Positions 9,336 through 17,900 of a stretch of DNA of 24,581 nucleotides are shown piece by piece (the first letter of the stretch is position 1; each line of letters begins with the position of its first letter). Origin of the DNA: Pseudomonadota bacterium (GTDB lineage Bacteria; UBA10199; 2-02-FULL-44-16; JAAZCA01); the NCBI GenBank assembly GCA_043798915.1, contig JAZDOG010000059.1, forward strand, positions 1 to 24,581. The letters are read 5' to 3'. The notes below the pieces were generated by a model, which had not been told where the DNA came from, did not search any database, and saw only the letters and a list, made by a program, of their open reading frames with translations. The position numbers were made by a program, and so were the translations under genes.

Positions 9336-10688
9336 ATGTGCGGCATAGTCGGCATACATAATCACCCGGAGGCGGCGAATCTCGCCTACCTCTGCCTCTA
9401 CGCCCAACAGCACCGCGGCCAGGAAAGCGCAGGCATCGTCACATCGGACGGCGAAAGGTTCCACCAGCACCGTGCGATGGGGCTCGTCGCCGACATCTTC
9501 GATACGAGGGTTCTCGCTCCGCTGCGCGGCGAAAATGCGATCGGTCATGTGCGCTACTCGACCACCGGCGACTCGACGATCGAGAACGCGCAGCCGTTCG
9601 TCGTCAACGCGCGGGGCGAGTCGCTCGCGATCGCCCACAACGGCAACCTCACGAATGCCGGAGCCCTCAGGGAGGGCCTCGAGGCCGGCGGCGCCATATT
9701 CCAGTCCACGATGGACAGCGAGGCGATCATGCACCTCATCGCCCGCGAGCGCGGCGCCTCGCTCGTGGAGCGGATCGCAGCGGCGCTCCGCAAGGTCGAG
9801 GGCGCATACTCGCTCGTGTTCCTGGCCGATGGCAAGATGATCGCGGCTCGCGACCCGCGCGGGTTCAGGCCGTTCGTGATCGGAAAGCTCGGCGCATCGC
9901 ACGTCGTCGCATCGGAGACCTGCGCGCTGGACCTCATCGACGCCGCGCTCGTGAGGCCGGTCGAGCCCGGCGAGATAATCCTCTTCGAGGGCGGCAAGCT
10001 CAAATCGTTTCCGGATCTGATCGGGACAAAGGGCGTCGAGAAGGCGCACTGCATATTCGAATACATCTATTTTTCCCGCCCAGACAGCCACGTGTTCGAG
10101 CGCGACGTCTACCCGATCCGCAAGGGCTTCGGCAGGCAGCTGGCAATCGAGCATCCGGTCGATGCGGACGTCGTCGTTCCGGTGCCGGATTCAGGCGTGC
10201 CAGCGGCGATCGGCTACTCGCAGGAGTCTGGGATCCCGTTCGAGATGGGGCTCATCCGCAACCACTACGTCGGCCGCACGTTCATCGAACCCAAGAGGGA
10301 GATCCGCCACTTCGGCGTCAGGATCAAGCTGAACGCCGTGCGCGAGGCGCTCGCGGGCAAGCGCGTCGTCGTGGTCGACGACTCGATCGTCCGCGGGACC
10401 ACGAGCATGAAGATCGTCACGATGCTTAGAAGGGCCGGCGCAAAAGAGGTTCACCTGCGCATCTCGAGCCCGCCCACCTGCTGGCCGTGCTACTATGGGA
10501 TCGACACGCCCACCCGCGAGGAACTCATCGCCTCGCGCAAGACTGTCGAGGAGATAAGGAAGTACGTCACGGCCGATTCGCTAAGCTATCTCTCGCACGA
10601 CGGGCTGTACTGGTTCGAGAAGAAGGGCGAGCGCGAGTGGTTCTGCGACGCCTGTTTCACAGGCGACTATCCCGTCGATCATAAATAA
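9336..10688 (+). CDS. purF: Amidophosphoribosyltransferase (Fe-S type)
   Basis: N-terminal MCGIVG nucleophile, [25 protein letters not shown] loop [12 protein letters not shown]; four Fe-S Cys in [13 protein letters not shown] and CDAC. Confidence 0.98.
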   Translation: MCGIVGIHNHPEAANLAYLCLYAQQHRGQESAGIVTSDGERFHQHRAMGLVADIFDTRVLAPLRGENAIGHVRYSTTGDSTIENAQPFVVNARGESLAIAHNGNLTNAGALREGLEAGGAIFQSTMDSEAIMHLIARERGASLVERIAAALRKVEGAYSLVFLADGKMIAARDPRGFRPFVIGKLGASHVVASETCALDLIDAALVRPVEPGEIILFEGGKLKSFPDLIGTKGVEKAHCIFEYIYFSRPDSHVFERDVYPIRKGFGRQLAIEHPVDADVVVPVPDSGVPAAIGYSQESGIPFEMGLIRNHYVGRTFIEPKREIRHFGVRIKLNAVREALAGKRVVVVDDSIVRGTTSMKIVTMLRRAGAKEVHLRISSPPTCWPCYYGIDTPTREELIASRKTVEEIRKYVTADSLSYLSHDGLYWFEKKGEREWFCDACFTGDYPVDHK

Positions 10689-10692
10689 TGAA

Positions 10693-13600
10693 TTAATGGC
10701 TGTCCATCACGAGGCTGCAGCCCTTGCCGGCACTGCCTTGCGCGAAAGAGCCGGAAGGTTTGCTGAAGGTCCGGAGCGTAACTGTTGCGTATTTGTTCTC
10801 CCCCATGGCTTTATTTTCTCCAGTCACAGCTGTTGCCCCCTCCTCGGCGATCGTGAATTTGTAGCTGTCGATCGGCTCCCATATTTTCTTTGTCTTTGTC
10901 TCCGTGTCGATCTGCGTATTCATCTCATCCGCCGATTTTGACGGGTCAGCGACCGCCAGGATCATGGATGCAAGCCCGTCGGTGTCGTAGGTCCGATTTT
11001 CAGTGGAGTGCGCAGACTTTTCATCCCCGGTTGTCTGTGCGCACGGGAATACGATCGAGACCATGTGGATATGCCATGAGGTCTGCTGCGCCGTCTGGCC
11101 CTCCGACAGCGCCGACATGAGCGCAATGTCCGCGTTTTTGCCGGCCAGCTGGACGCTCAACGACTTCGTTTCAATCGGCATGGTGGTGAAATCGTGAGTG
11201 ACGACGCCGTTGAGCGTGAGCCTCCCGGCCGGATCACCCTGCACCTGCCCGTCCGGCAGTCCTGTCAGCGGCATCGACTTGCCCGATGCGCCATGTGCGG
11301 AGTTCAAGTTATGAAGCAGAACGGTCGGTTTGCTTATTCCGGTCCAGGTGCTGTCTCTGTCATTTTTAAGGATGCGGCCATTCTCTTGCAAGAGTATCCA
11401 GCCCGGTTTTGTGCTTGCGAGGTTTGCGGCTTTGCCGGCATCCGCGGCGTTCGCAGCGTTGCCGGTCGGGAAGGCGACGACGTATATCATCCTGCTCGTC
11501 CCGCATTCCGCGATGGGATCGATCCCTAATTTGTCGTGAACCGTCTTGTTCTTCGCGGCGATCGCATCGGAGCAGCCGTCGCAGTAGCTCTGGACGATTG
11601 GCTTGAGCGGCACGAACTCGGTCTTCTGCACAGCCTCAGCCAGGGGTGTGGTTGCGGTCGGCGGGGTCTGTGCCTCCGGCAGCGCCGCCGGAATTGTCGG
11701 CGCGACGCTGCAATCGCTATCATTGGCAGGCGTGCATCCGGCCGGGCAGCAACCGTCGACGTTCACGCAGGCCGTTATCTCGGTGGCGAATTTGCACTTG
11801 CCGTTGTCCTCGCAGGCGCCTCCCTTGTGGCAGGCATCATCAAGGCAGTTCGGCGTTCCGGAGCATTTCCCGTCCTTGCAGACGTTGTCCTTCATGCAGG
11901 CCAGGCCGGTGCACGGAGCGGTGTTGATTGTGTGGACGCATTTGCCCGATGCCGAATCGCACGTGTCATCGGTGCAGTCATTTCCGTCGTCGCAACTCTT
12001 CTTCGTTGAAGTATCCGCCAGACATTTTCCAGCACTGCTGCATATTGATTTCGTGTAGCACTGGTCGCCTTTGCATTCGACGCCAGCCTGGGGGTATTTG
12101 CAGGCATCCCACCTGCCTTTTTCATTGCATGTCTGAGTTCCACCGCAGATATCATCGCCGGGGCACGGCCTTGTTTCGTTCGGGTTGCAGGCGCAGCTGC
12201 CCTCGCTGGTGCCGAGGCAGGTGCCGAATTCCTGGCAAAATCCGAAAGGGTGGCATGGATCGATGCTGTTGCAGGGTGCGCCGGCCTCCATCTTGGCTAT
12301 CACTCCCCCGATGACCTTGCCCGTGTCGTCCGCCACCTTCTTGCAGATCTGGCAGGTGGCGGGGCTCTGGTCGAAGGCCACGCACCTCCCATCCAGGTTG
12401 CAGCCGGTCCGTTCATGCTTGCACTCGGCGGTGCAGTTTTCCGCGCTCGCTGCCAGGGTGTCGGTGATGCACGGTTCATTGCTGTTGCAGTCCTCTTTGG
12501 TCGGGCATGCTCCGGATTGGCCATGAGCTATGGCTTTGTCGCACTTTTCACCTTTTTCCATTACGCCGTTGCCGCAGGACGGGCTGCAGTCGTTGTCGGT
12601 CGCGGCGTTGGCGCCTGGAGGACAGCATGCGTCGTCGTTTGCTGGTTTTGTGATCGGTGCGCCACGAACCAAAGCTCCCGTGGTCGCATCGCAGGATACC
12701 ATGCCGTCGCAAGGTTTGCCGTCATTGGGTGCGGAGGCGGTGTTGAATGTAGTCTTCAAATTGCCGTCTGCGCCGCAGGTTATTGTGCCCTTGCAGCCGC
12801 TTTCGGAAGTGAATGGGGTGGCTGGTGTGTTGTTGGGATCGCAGGCGCAGCGATCGGAGCTGAAGTTGCAGACCAAATCATCGCCTGTCGCATTGCATGC
12901 GACTTTTCCGCATGCGCCGCAGGTTGCGTCGATCTGGAGGGGAAGCCCGGACGTATTTTTGAGGTGAGCGCATGAGTTGCAGATGTTGATGCTGCCATCG
13001 GAGCCAGGGACCGGGTCATAGATGCAGGTATAGGGCGTATACTCGGAGGAAGTGGTCGTCGGGGCAGACGCAACACACCTGCCCGGCTGTGTGCAGGGAT
13101 GTTCGTCGTCGGGACATGTGACCGGCGTGCCTGTGCAGGTTCCATTCCGACAGGTCTCTCCTGTTGTGCAGGGGTTGTTGTCGTTGCACGTCGTGCCATT
13201 AGCCTGGAGTGCCGAGACGCACTGGAGCGAACCATCCGTCGAGCACCGCCAGGTGTTGGTGGTGCAAGGATTGGCAATCACCGTAGCGGCAGGGCAGGGC
13301 TGGCCAGGGATGCCGGGGAGGGTTCCGCATCCGCCGCAGGCGTTGGCGCCAGGATCGTTGCAGATCAGGCTGTTTTTGTCTGAGCTGCAAGTGAGATGCC
13401 CGCATTGCCCGCAGCTGCCTCCGTATGTTCCGATCAGCGTGCTGCATCCGCCGCAGACGTTGGCGCCCGGATCGTTGCAGACCAGGCTGTTTTTGTCTGA
13501 GCCACAAACGAGACGCCCGCATTGCCCGCAGCTGGCTCCGCATGTGCCGCTCAGCGTGCTGCATCCGCCGCAGGCGTTGGCGCCCGGATCGTTGCAGACC

Positions 13601-14526
13601 AGGCTGTGTTTGTCTGAGCCACAAGCGAGACGCCCGCATTGCCCGCAGCTGCCTCCATATGTTCCGATCAGCGTGCTGCAACCGCCGCAGGCGTTGGCGC
13701 CCGGATCGTTGCAGACCAGGCTGTCGTTGGTTGAATTGCATGCGACCTTTCCGCATGCGCCGCAGTCAGCTTCTTTTCGTGGCGTGAGACCATTCGTGTT
13801 GAGAGTTGTGCATGTGCCGCAGATGTTCGGTGTCCCATCGGAGCCGGGGAGTGGAGTATAGGCGCAGCTCCCAATCGTCTGGTCGCAGCTGCCGGTGGCA
13901 TTGTAGCACTGGCCAGGGGGGTTTGAGCAGAGCATGAGCTTCGGAGTATTGGTGCATTCTCCAGTGCTTTTGTTGCAGGATGCGGTGCTGCAAAGGTCCT
14001 TCGGCAAACATAATTTGGTCTGCGTCGTTACGCAGGCTCCGCCCTGGCACTGACCCGCCGTCGCGCATAAATTGTCGGTGGGCGTGCATGAGGTGCCACC
14101 GATCACGGGATTATGATTGCAGACATAGGGAGGAGCCCCGGTGAAAGTGCTGGAGTTTGGAGCACACGAATCAGTCGTGCACCGGTTTCCGTCGTCGCAG
14201 CTGACGGGCTTGGTGTAACATGTTCCAGCATCGCAGATGCCTGTTTCACACGCATATCCATTGCCGCAGGATATTCTGTCCGAAGCTGAATGATCACAGG
14301 GCCCATTGTTGATCCACTCATTATTGTCGCATATCTGAGGCAGTACGCCGGAACAGGGAGACATCATATTCTTGTCGGCGGGGCTATTGTAGCATGGCAC
14401 AATGGCTCTCGTCGCTCCCTGCGTGCATCCGGAAGTCGAAACTGCTGCCCAAGCCTCATGCCCGATGACGAAGAAGAGCGGGATCGAGAGAAGCAGGGAG
14501 ATGACAATTCTTGTGAAAGTCTTCAT
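10693..14526 (-). CDS. Giant Cys-rich secreted/surface protein A (1277 aa); Dictyostelium-type and myxococcal Cys repeats; ends in GKGCS without a TM tail
   Basis: Sec signal MKTFTRIVISLLLSIPLFFVIGHEAWA (ATG 14526); CDDGNxCTxDxC repeats; CGNGVMEKGEKCD module; C-terminal domain paralogous to 14956-19737. Confidence 0.85.
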   Translation of the reverse strand: MKTFTRIVISLLLSIPLFFVIGHEAWAAVSTSGCTQGATRAIVPCYNSPADKNMMSPCSGVLPQICDNNEWINNGPCDHSASDRISCGNGYACETGICDAGTCYTKPVSCDDGNRCTTDSCAPNSSTFTGAPPYVCNHNPVIGGTSCTPTDNLCATAGQCQGGACVTTQTKLCLPKDLCSTASCNKSTGECTNTPKLMLCSNPPGQCYNATGSCDQTIGSCAYTPLPGSDGTPNICGTCTTLNTNGLTPRKEADCGACGKVACNSTNDSLVCNDPGANACGGCSTLIGTYGGSCGQCGRLACGSDKHSLVCNDPGANACGGCSTLSGTCGASCGQCGRLVCGSDKNSLVCNDPGANVCGGCSTLIGTYGGSCGQCGHLTCSSDKNSLICNDPGANACGGCGTLPGIPGQPCPAATVIANPCTTNTWRCSTDGSLQCVSALQANGTTCNDNNPCTTGETCRNGTCTGTPVTCPDDEHPCTQPGRCVASAPTTTSSEYTPYTCIYDPVPGSDGSINICNSCAHLKNTSGLPLQIDATCGACGKVACNATGDDLVCNFSSDRCACDPNNTPATPFTSESGCKGTITCGADGNLKTTFNTASAPNDGKPCDGMVSCDATTGALVRGAPITKPANDDACCPPGANAATDNDCSPSCGNGVMEKGEKCDKAIAHGQSGACPTKEDCNSNEPCITDTLAASAENCTAECKHERTGCNLDGRCVAFDQSPATCQICKKVADDTGKVIGGVIAKMEAGAPCNSIDPCHPFGFCQEFGTCLGTSEGSCACNPNETRPCPGDDICGGTQTCNEKGRWDACKYPQAGVECKGDQCYTKSICSSAGKCLADTSTKKSCDDGNDCTDDTCDSASGKCVHTINTAPCTGLACMKDNVCKDGKCSGTPNCLDDACHKGGACEDNGKCKFATEITACVNVDGCCPAGCTPANDSDCSVAPTIPAALPEAQTPPTATTPLAEAVQKTEFVPLKPIVQSYCDGCSDAIAAKNKTVHDKLGIDPIAECGTSRMIYVVAFPTGNAANAADAGKAANLASTKPGWILLQENGRILKNDRDSTWTGISKPTVLLHNLNSAHGASGKSMPLTGLPDGQVQGDPAGRLTLNGVVTHDFTTMPIETKSLSVQLAGKNADIALMSALSEGQTAQQTSWHIHMVSIVFPCAQTTGDEKSAHSTENRTYDTDGLASMILAVADPSKSADEMNTQIDTETKTKKIWEPIDSYKFTIAEEGATAVTGENKAMGENKYATVTLRTFSKPSGSFAQGSAGKGCSLVMDSH
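13318..13722 (-). repeat. Intragenic tandem array, 117-bp (39-aa) unit, about 3.5 near-identical copies
   Basis: Unit SLVCNDPGANACGGCSTLIGTYGGSCGQCGRLACGSDKH; unit starts at 13722, 13605, 13488 and 13371. Confidence 0.93.
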
Positions 14527-14569
14527 AATGCAGCCCCGTTCACCGGGTCTCCATCCACATATTATTTTA

Positions 14570-14600
14570 CGCAATATATATGACAGAGATCGAGGTGCAA
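14570..14600 (-). promoter_or_regulatory. Degenerate sigma54 box overlapping a possible sigma70 promoter for protein A
   Basis: Minus strand TGTCAT-ATATA-TTGCG (14585-14570) aligns with the intact TGGCAC-ATATA-TTGCA of the paralogue. TTGCAC-N16-TATATT is also present (14600-14573). Confidence 0.4.
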
Positions 14601-14680
14601 TGGATTTAGTAGGAGGCTGATATTCAAGGAGTTGTTTGGCTGGATGCGCAGCGAGGGCCGTCTCCGTCTGATAATGCGAA

Positions 14681-14717
14681 GGAGACGTTTCCCCTTTTGA
14701 AAAAGAGAAACGTCCCC
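14681..14717 (-). terminator. Long hairpin, possible terminator or processing stem downstream of the small ORF
   Basis: Minus strand GGGGACGTTTCTCTTTT-TC-AAAAGGGGAAACGTCTCC; mismatches are G-U compatible on the minus strand only; the following U tract is weak. Confidence 0.5.
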
Positions 14718-14747
14718 TCTGTCTTTATATCCTCATATCCTCTGTCT

Positions 14748-14912
14748 TTACACGGAACGATTGCCGCCGCCACGGGGCATCTTGTTAAGAGACGCCAAGT
14801 TCGTCGGCATTATGCCGCGGCGCTTGGCCGCGAATTCATCCTTGTCTCTCCTCCGTGCTTGCGGGTCCAGCTCCTTCCTTTTTAAGCCGAACTCTTCTGT
14901 TTTTCTCTTCAT
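14748..14912 (-). CDS. Small basic hypothetical protein (54 aa), below the ORF-track cutoff
   Basis: AGGAGG (14922-14917), 4 nt, ATG 14912. Translation MKRKTEEFGLKRKELDPQARRRDKDEFAAKRRGIMPTNLASLNKMPRGGGNRSV*. It fills the intergenic gap and is followed by a hairpin. Confidence 0.6.
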   Translation of the reverse strand: MKRKTEEFGLKRKELDPQARRRDKDEFAAKRRGIMPTNLASLNKMPRGGGNRSV

Positions 14913-14955
14913 AATTCCTCCTATCTTAACTCGCTCCGTCTGACATCTGAATCCT

Positions 14956-17900
14956 TCACTTGCGCCTGTTGGAGCGTATCCTCGTGAGCGAAAGGGCGCA
15001 GGTGGTGATCCCGATGAAGAATGACATGAAGGCGAGGGAAAGGGCGCCGGCTGCCAACTCCTGGTTGTCCATCACGATGCTGCAGCCCTTGCCGCCACCA
15101 CCTTGCGCGAAAGAGCCGGACGGCTCGACGTTGGCCCTGAGCGTCGCCGCAGTATATGGGTTGTCTTTTGTCGCTCCTTCCTCCGCGATCGTGAATCTGT
15201 AGGTGTCGATCGGCGTCCACACTCTTGCCGCCTCTGTATCAATCAGTTCCGGCGATGTGAGGATCATGGATACGAGCCCGTCCGCGTCGTATGTCAGGTT
15301 TTCGATGAAGTGCGCCGAGTCCTGGTCCCCCATGGTCTCTGCGCACGGGAATACGATCGAGACCGTGTGGATGTGCCATGAGGTCTGCTGCGCCGTCTGG
15401 CCCTCTGACAGCGCCGGCATGAGCGCGATGTCCGCGTTTTTGCCGGCCAGCGGGATGCTCAATGACTTCGTTTCAATCGGCATGCTGGTGAAGTCGTGCG
15501 TGACGACGCCGTTGAGCGTGAGCCTCCCGGCCGGATCGCCTTCCACCTGCCCGTCGGTCAGCCCTGTCAGCGACATCGACTTGCCCGATGCGCCCTGCGC
15601 GGAGCTCAAATTCTGAAGCAGAATGGTCGATTCGCTTATTCCGGTCCAGGTGCTGTCTTTCCCGTTCTTAAGGATGCGGCCGCTCTCCTGCGAGAGCATC
15701 CAGCCCGGGTTTGCGCCCGCGAAGCTCGCGGCCTTGCCGGCATCTGCGGCGTTAGCGTCCGCAGCATTGCCCGTCGGGAAGGCGACGACGTATATCATCC
15801 TGCTCGTCTCGCATTCCGCGATGGGATCGATCCCCAATTTGTCGTGAACTGTCTTGTTCTTCGCGGCGATCGCATCGGAGCAGCCGTCGCAGTAGCTCTG
15901 GACGATTGGCGAGAGAGGCACGAACTCGGTCTTCATCACGTCCGGCGGCTGCGACTCCGGCAGCGTCGCCGGAATTATCGGCGCGACGCAATCTTTAGCG
16001 GCAGCGCGCGTGGTCGCCCATTTCCCGTCAGCACTGCAGGTCTGCGTGCTCAGACAGGGAGCTGTGCCTGTCACCCTGGTTTCATCAGGCTGGCACACGC
16101 AACCATCCTTGGTCTCGGAATCCTGTCTGCATGTTCCGGATGCGCATTTGGCCACGGTGCAGAAATTGCCGTCGCTGTCTGTGCAGGTCTTTCCGTCGGT
16201 GGAGCTGTGCAGTATCGATCCCCATTTTCCATCGGCGCTGCAGGTCTGCGTGCCCAGGCAAGGCCCGGTGCCGGTCGTCGTGGTTGCGCCCGGCTGGCAC
16301 ACACAACCAGGCTTGGTCTCGTTATCCTGCTTGCATGATCCAGATGAGCACTTGGCTACCGTGCAGACATCGCCGTCGCTGTCTATGCAGATTTTTCCGT
16401 CGGTGGAGCTGTGCAGTATCGGTCCCCATCTTCCGTCGGTGCCGCAGGTCTGAGTGCCCAGACAGGGCTCGGTGCCCGTGATTCTGGTTTCGCGAGGCTG
16501 GCACTCACAACCCGCCGTGATCACGTAATCCTGCCTGCACGCTCCAGCGGAACATTTGGCTTCGGTGCAGAATTTGCCGTCGCTGTCTGTGCAGGCCGTT
16601 CCGTCGGTGGAACCGTACTGTATCGGTCCCCATTTGCTGTCGGTGCCGCAGGCCTGCGTGCCCAGGCAGGGCCCGCTTCCCGTCGTTTTGGCTGCGCCCG
16701 GCTGGCATACACAGCCCTCTTTGGTCTCGTAATCCTGCCTGCATGCCCCGGATGAGCACCTGGCCACTGTGCAGATGTCGCCGTCGCTGTCTATGCAGGA
16801 CCTTCCGTCGGTGGAGCTGTACAGTATCGATCCCCATTTTCCGTCGGCATTGCAGGTCTGCGTGCCCAGGCAGGGCTCGGTGCCCTTCGTTCTAGTTTCA
16901 CGGGGCTGGCACTCACAACCCGCCTTGGTCTCGTAATCCTGCCTGCACGCTCCAGCGGAACATTTGGCTGAGGTGCAGAAATTGCCGTCGCTATCTGTGC
17001 AAGCCGCCCCGTCGGTGGAGCTGTACAGTATCGATCCCCATTTTCCTTCGGCGCTGCAGGTCTGCGTGCCCAGGCAAGGCCCGGTGCCCGTGGTTTTAGT
17101 TTCAAGAGGCTGACACTCGCAGCCGGCTTTGGTCTCGTAATCCTGCCTGCATTCTCCAGATGAGCATTTGGCCACGGTGCAGAAATTGCTGTCGCTGTCT
17201 GTGCAGGACCTTCCGTCGGTAGTGCTGTACAGTATCGGTCCCCATTTTCCGTCGGTGCCGCAGGTCTGCGTGCCAAGGCACGGTTCGGCGCCTGTGGTTT
17301 TAGTTTCACGAGGCTGACACTCGCAGCCGGCTTTGGTATCGTAATCCTGTTTGCATTCTCCGGTTTGGCATTTGGCTGCGGTGCAGAAATTACCGTCGTC
17401 GTCCGTACAGGCCGTTCCGTCGGTGGAACTGTATACGACCGGTCCCCATTTTCCGTAGGCATCGCAGGTCTGTGTGCCGAGGCAAGGATCGATGCCCGAT
17501 GTGTTGGTTGTGCCCGGCTGGCACACACAACCCGCTTTGGTTTCGTATTTCTGATAGCATCCTCCGGTTTGGCATTTGGCTACGGTGCAGAAATCGCTGT
17601 CGGTTTCTGTGCAGGTTTTTCCGTCGGTAGCGCTGTGCAGTATCGGTCCCCATGTTCCATCGCTGCCGCAGGTCTGCATGCCCAGGCAAGGCTCGGTGTC
17701 TGATGTTTTGGCTGCGCCCGGCTGACACACGCAACCAGCCCTGGTGTCGTAATCCTGTTTGCATTCTCCTGATTGGCATTTTGCTGCGGAGCAGAATTTG
17801 CCGTCGCTGTCCGTGCAGGCAGCTCCGTCGGTAGAAGTGTACAGTATCGGTCCCCATTTGCCGTCTGTGCCGCATGTCTGCATGCCCAGGCAAGGATCGA

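Noticed and set aside
4717..10154. Long antisense/alternate-frame ORFs over purB, purL and purF (4717-5688, 6981-8219, 8880-10154), also 1907-2713 and 3241-4167
   Set aside because: Shadow ORFs expected from GC-rich codon bias opposite well-conserved genes; no motifs or SDs.
11039..15933. Near-identical blocks as a diversity-generating retroelement TR/VR pair
   Set aside because: Both copies are ~590-bp coding parts of intact genes, the differences are not evidently adenine-specific, and no reverse transcriptase is in the window.
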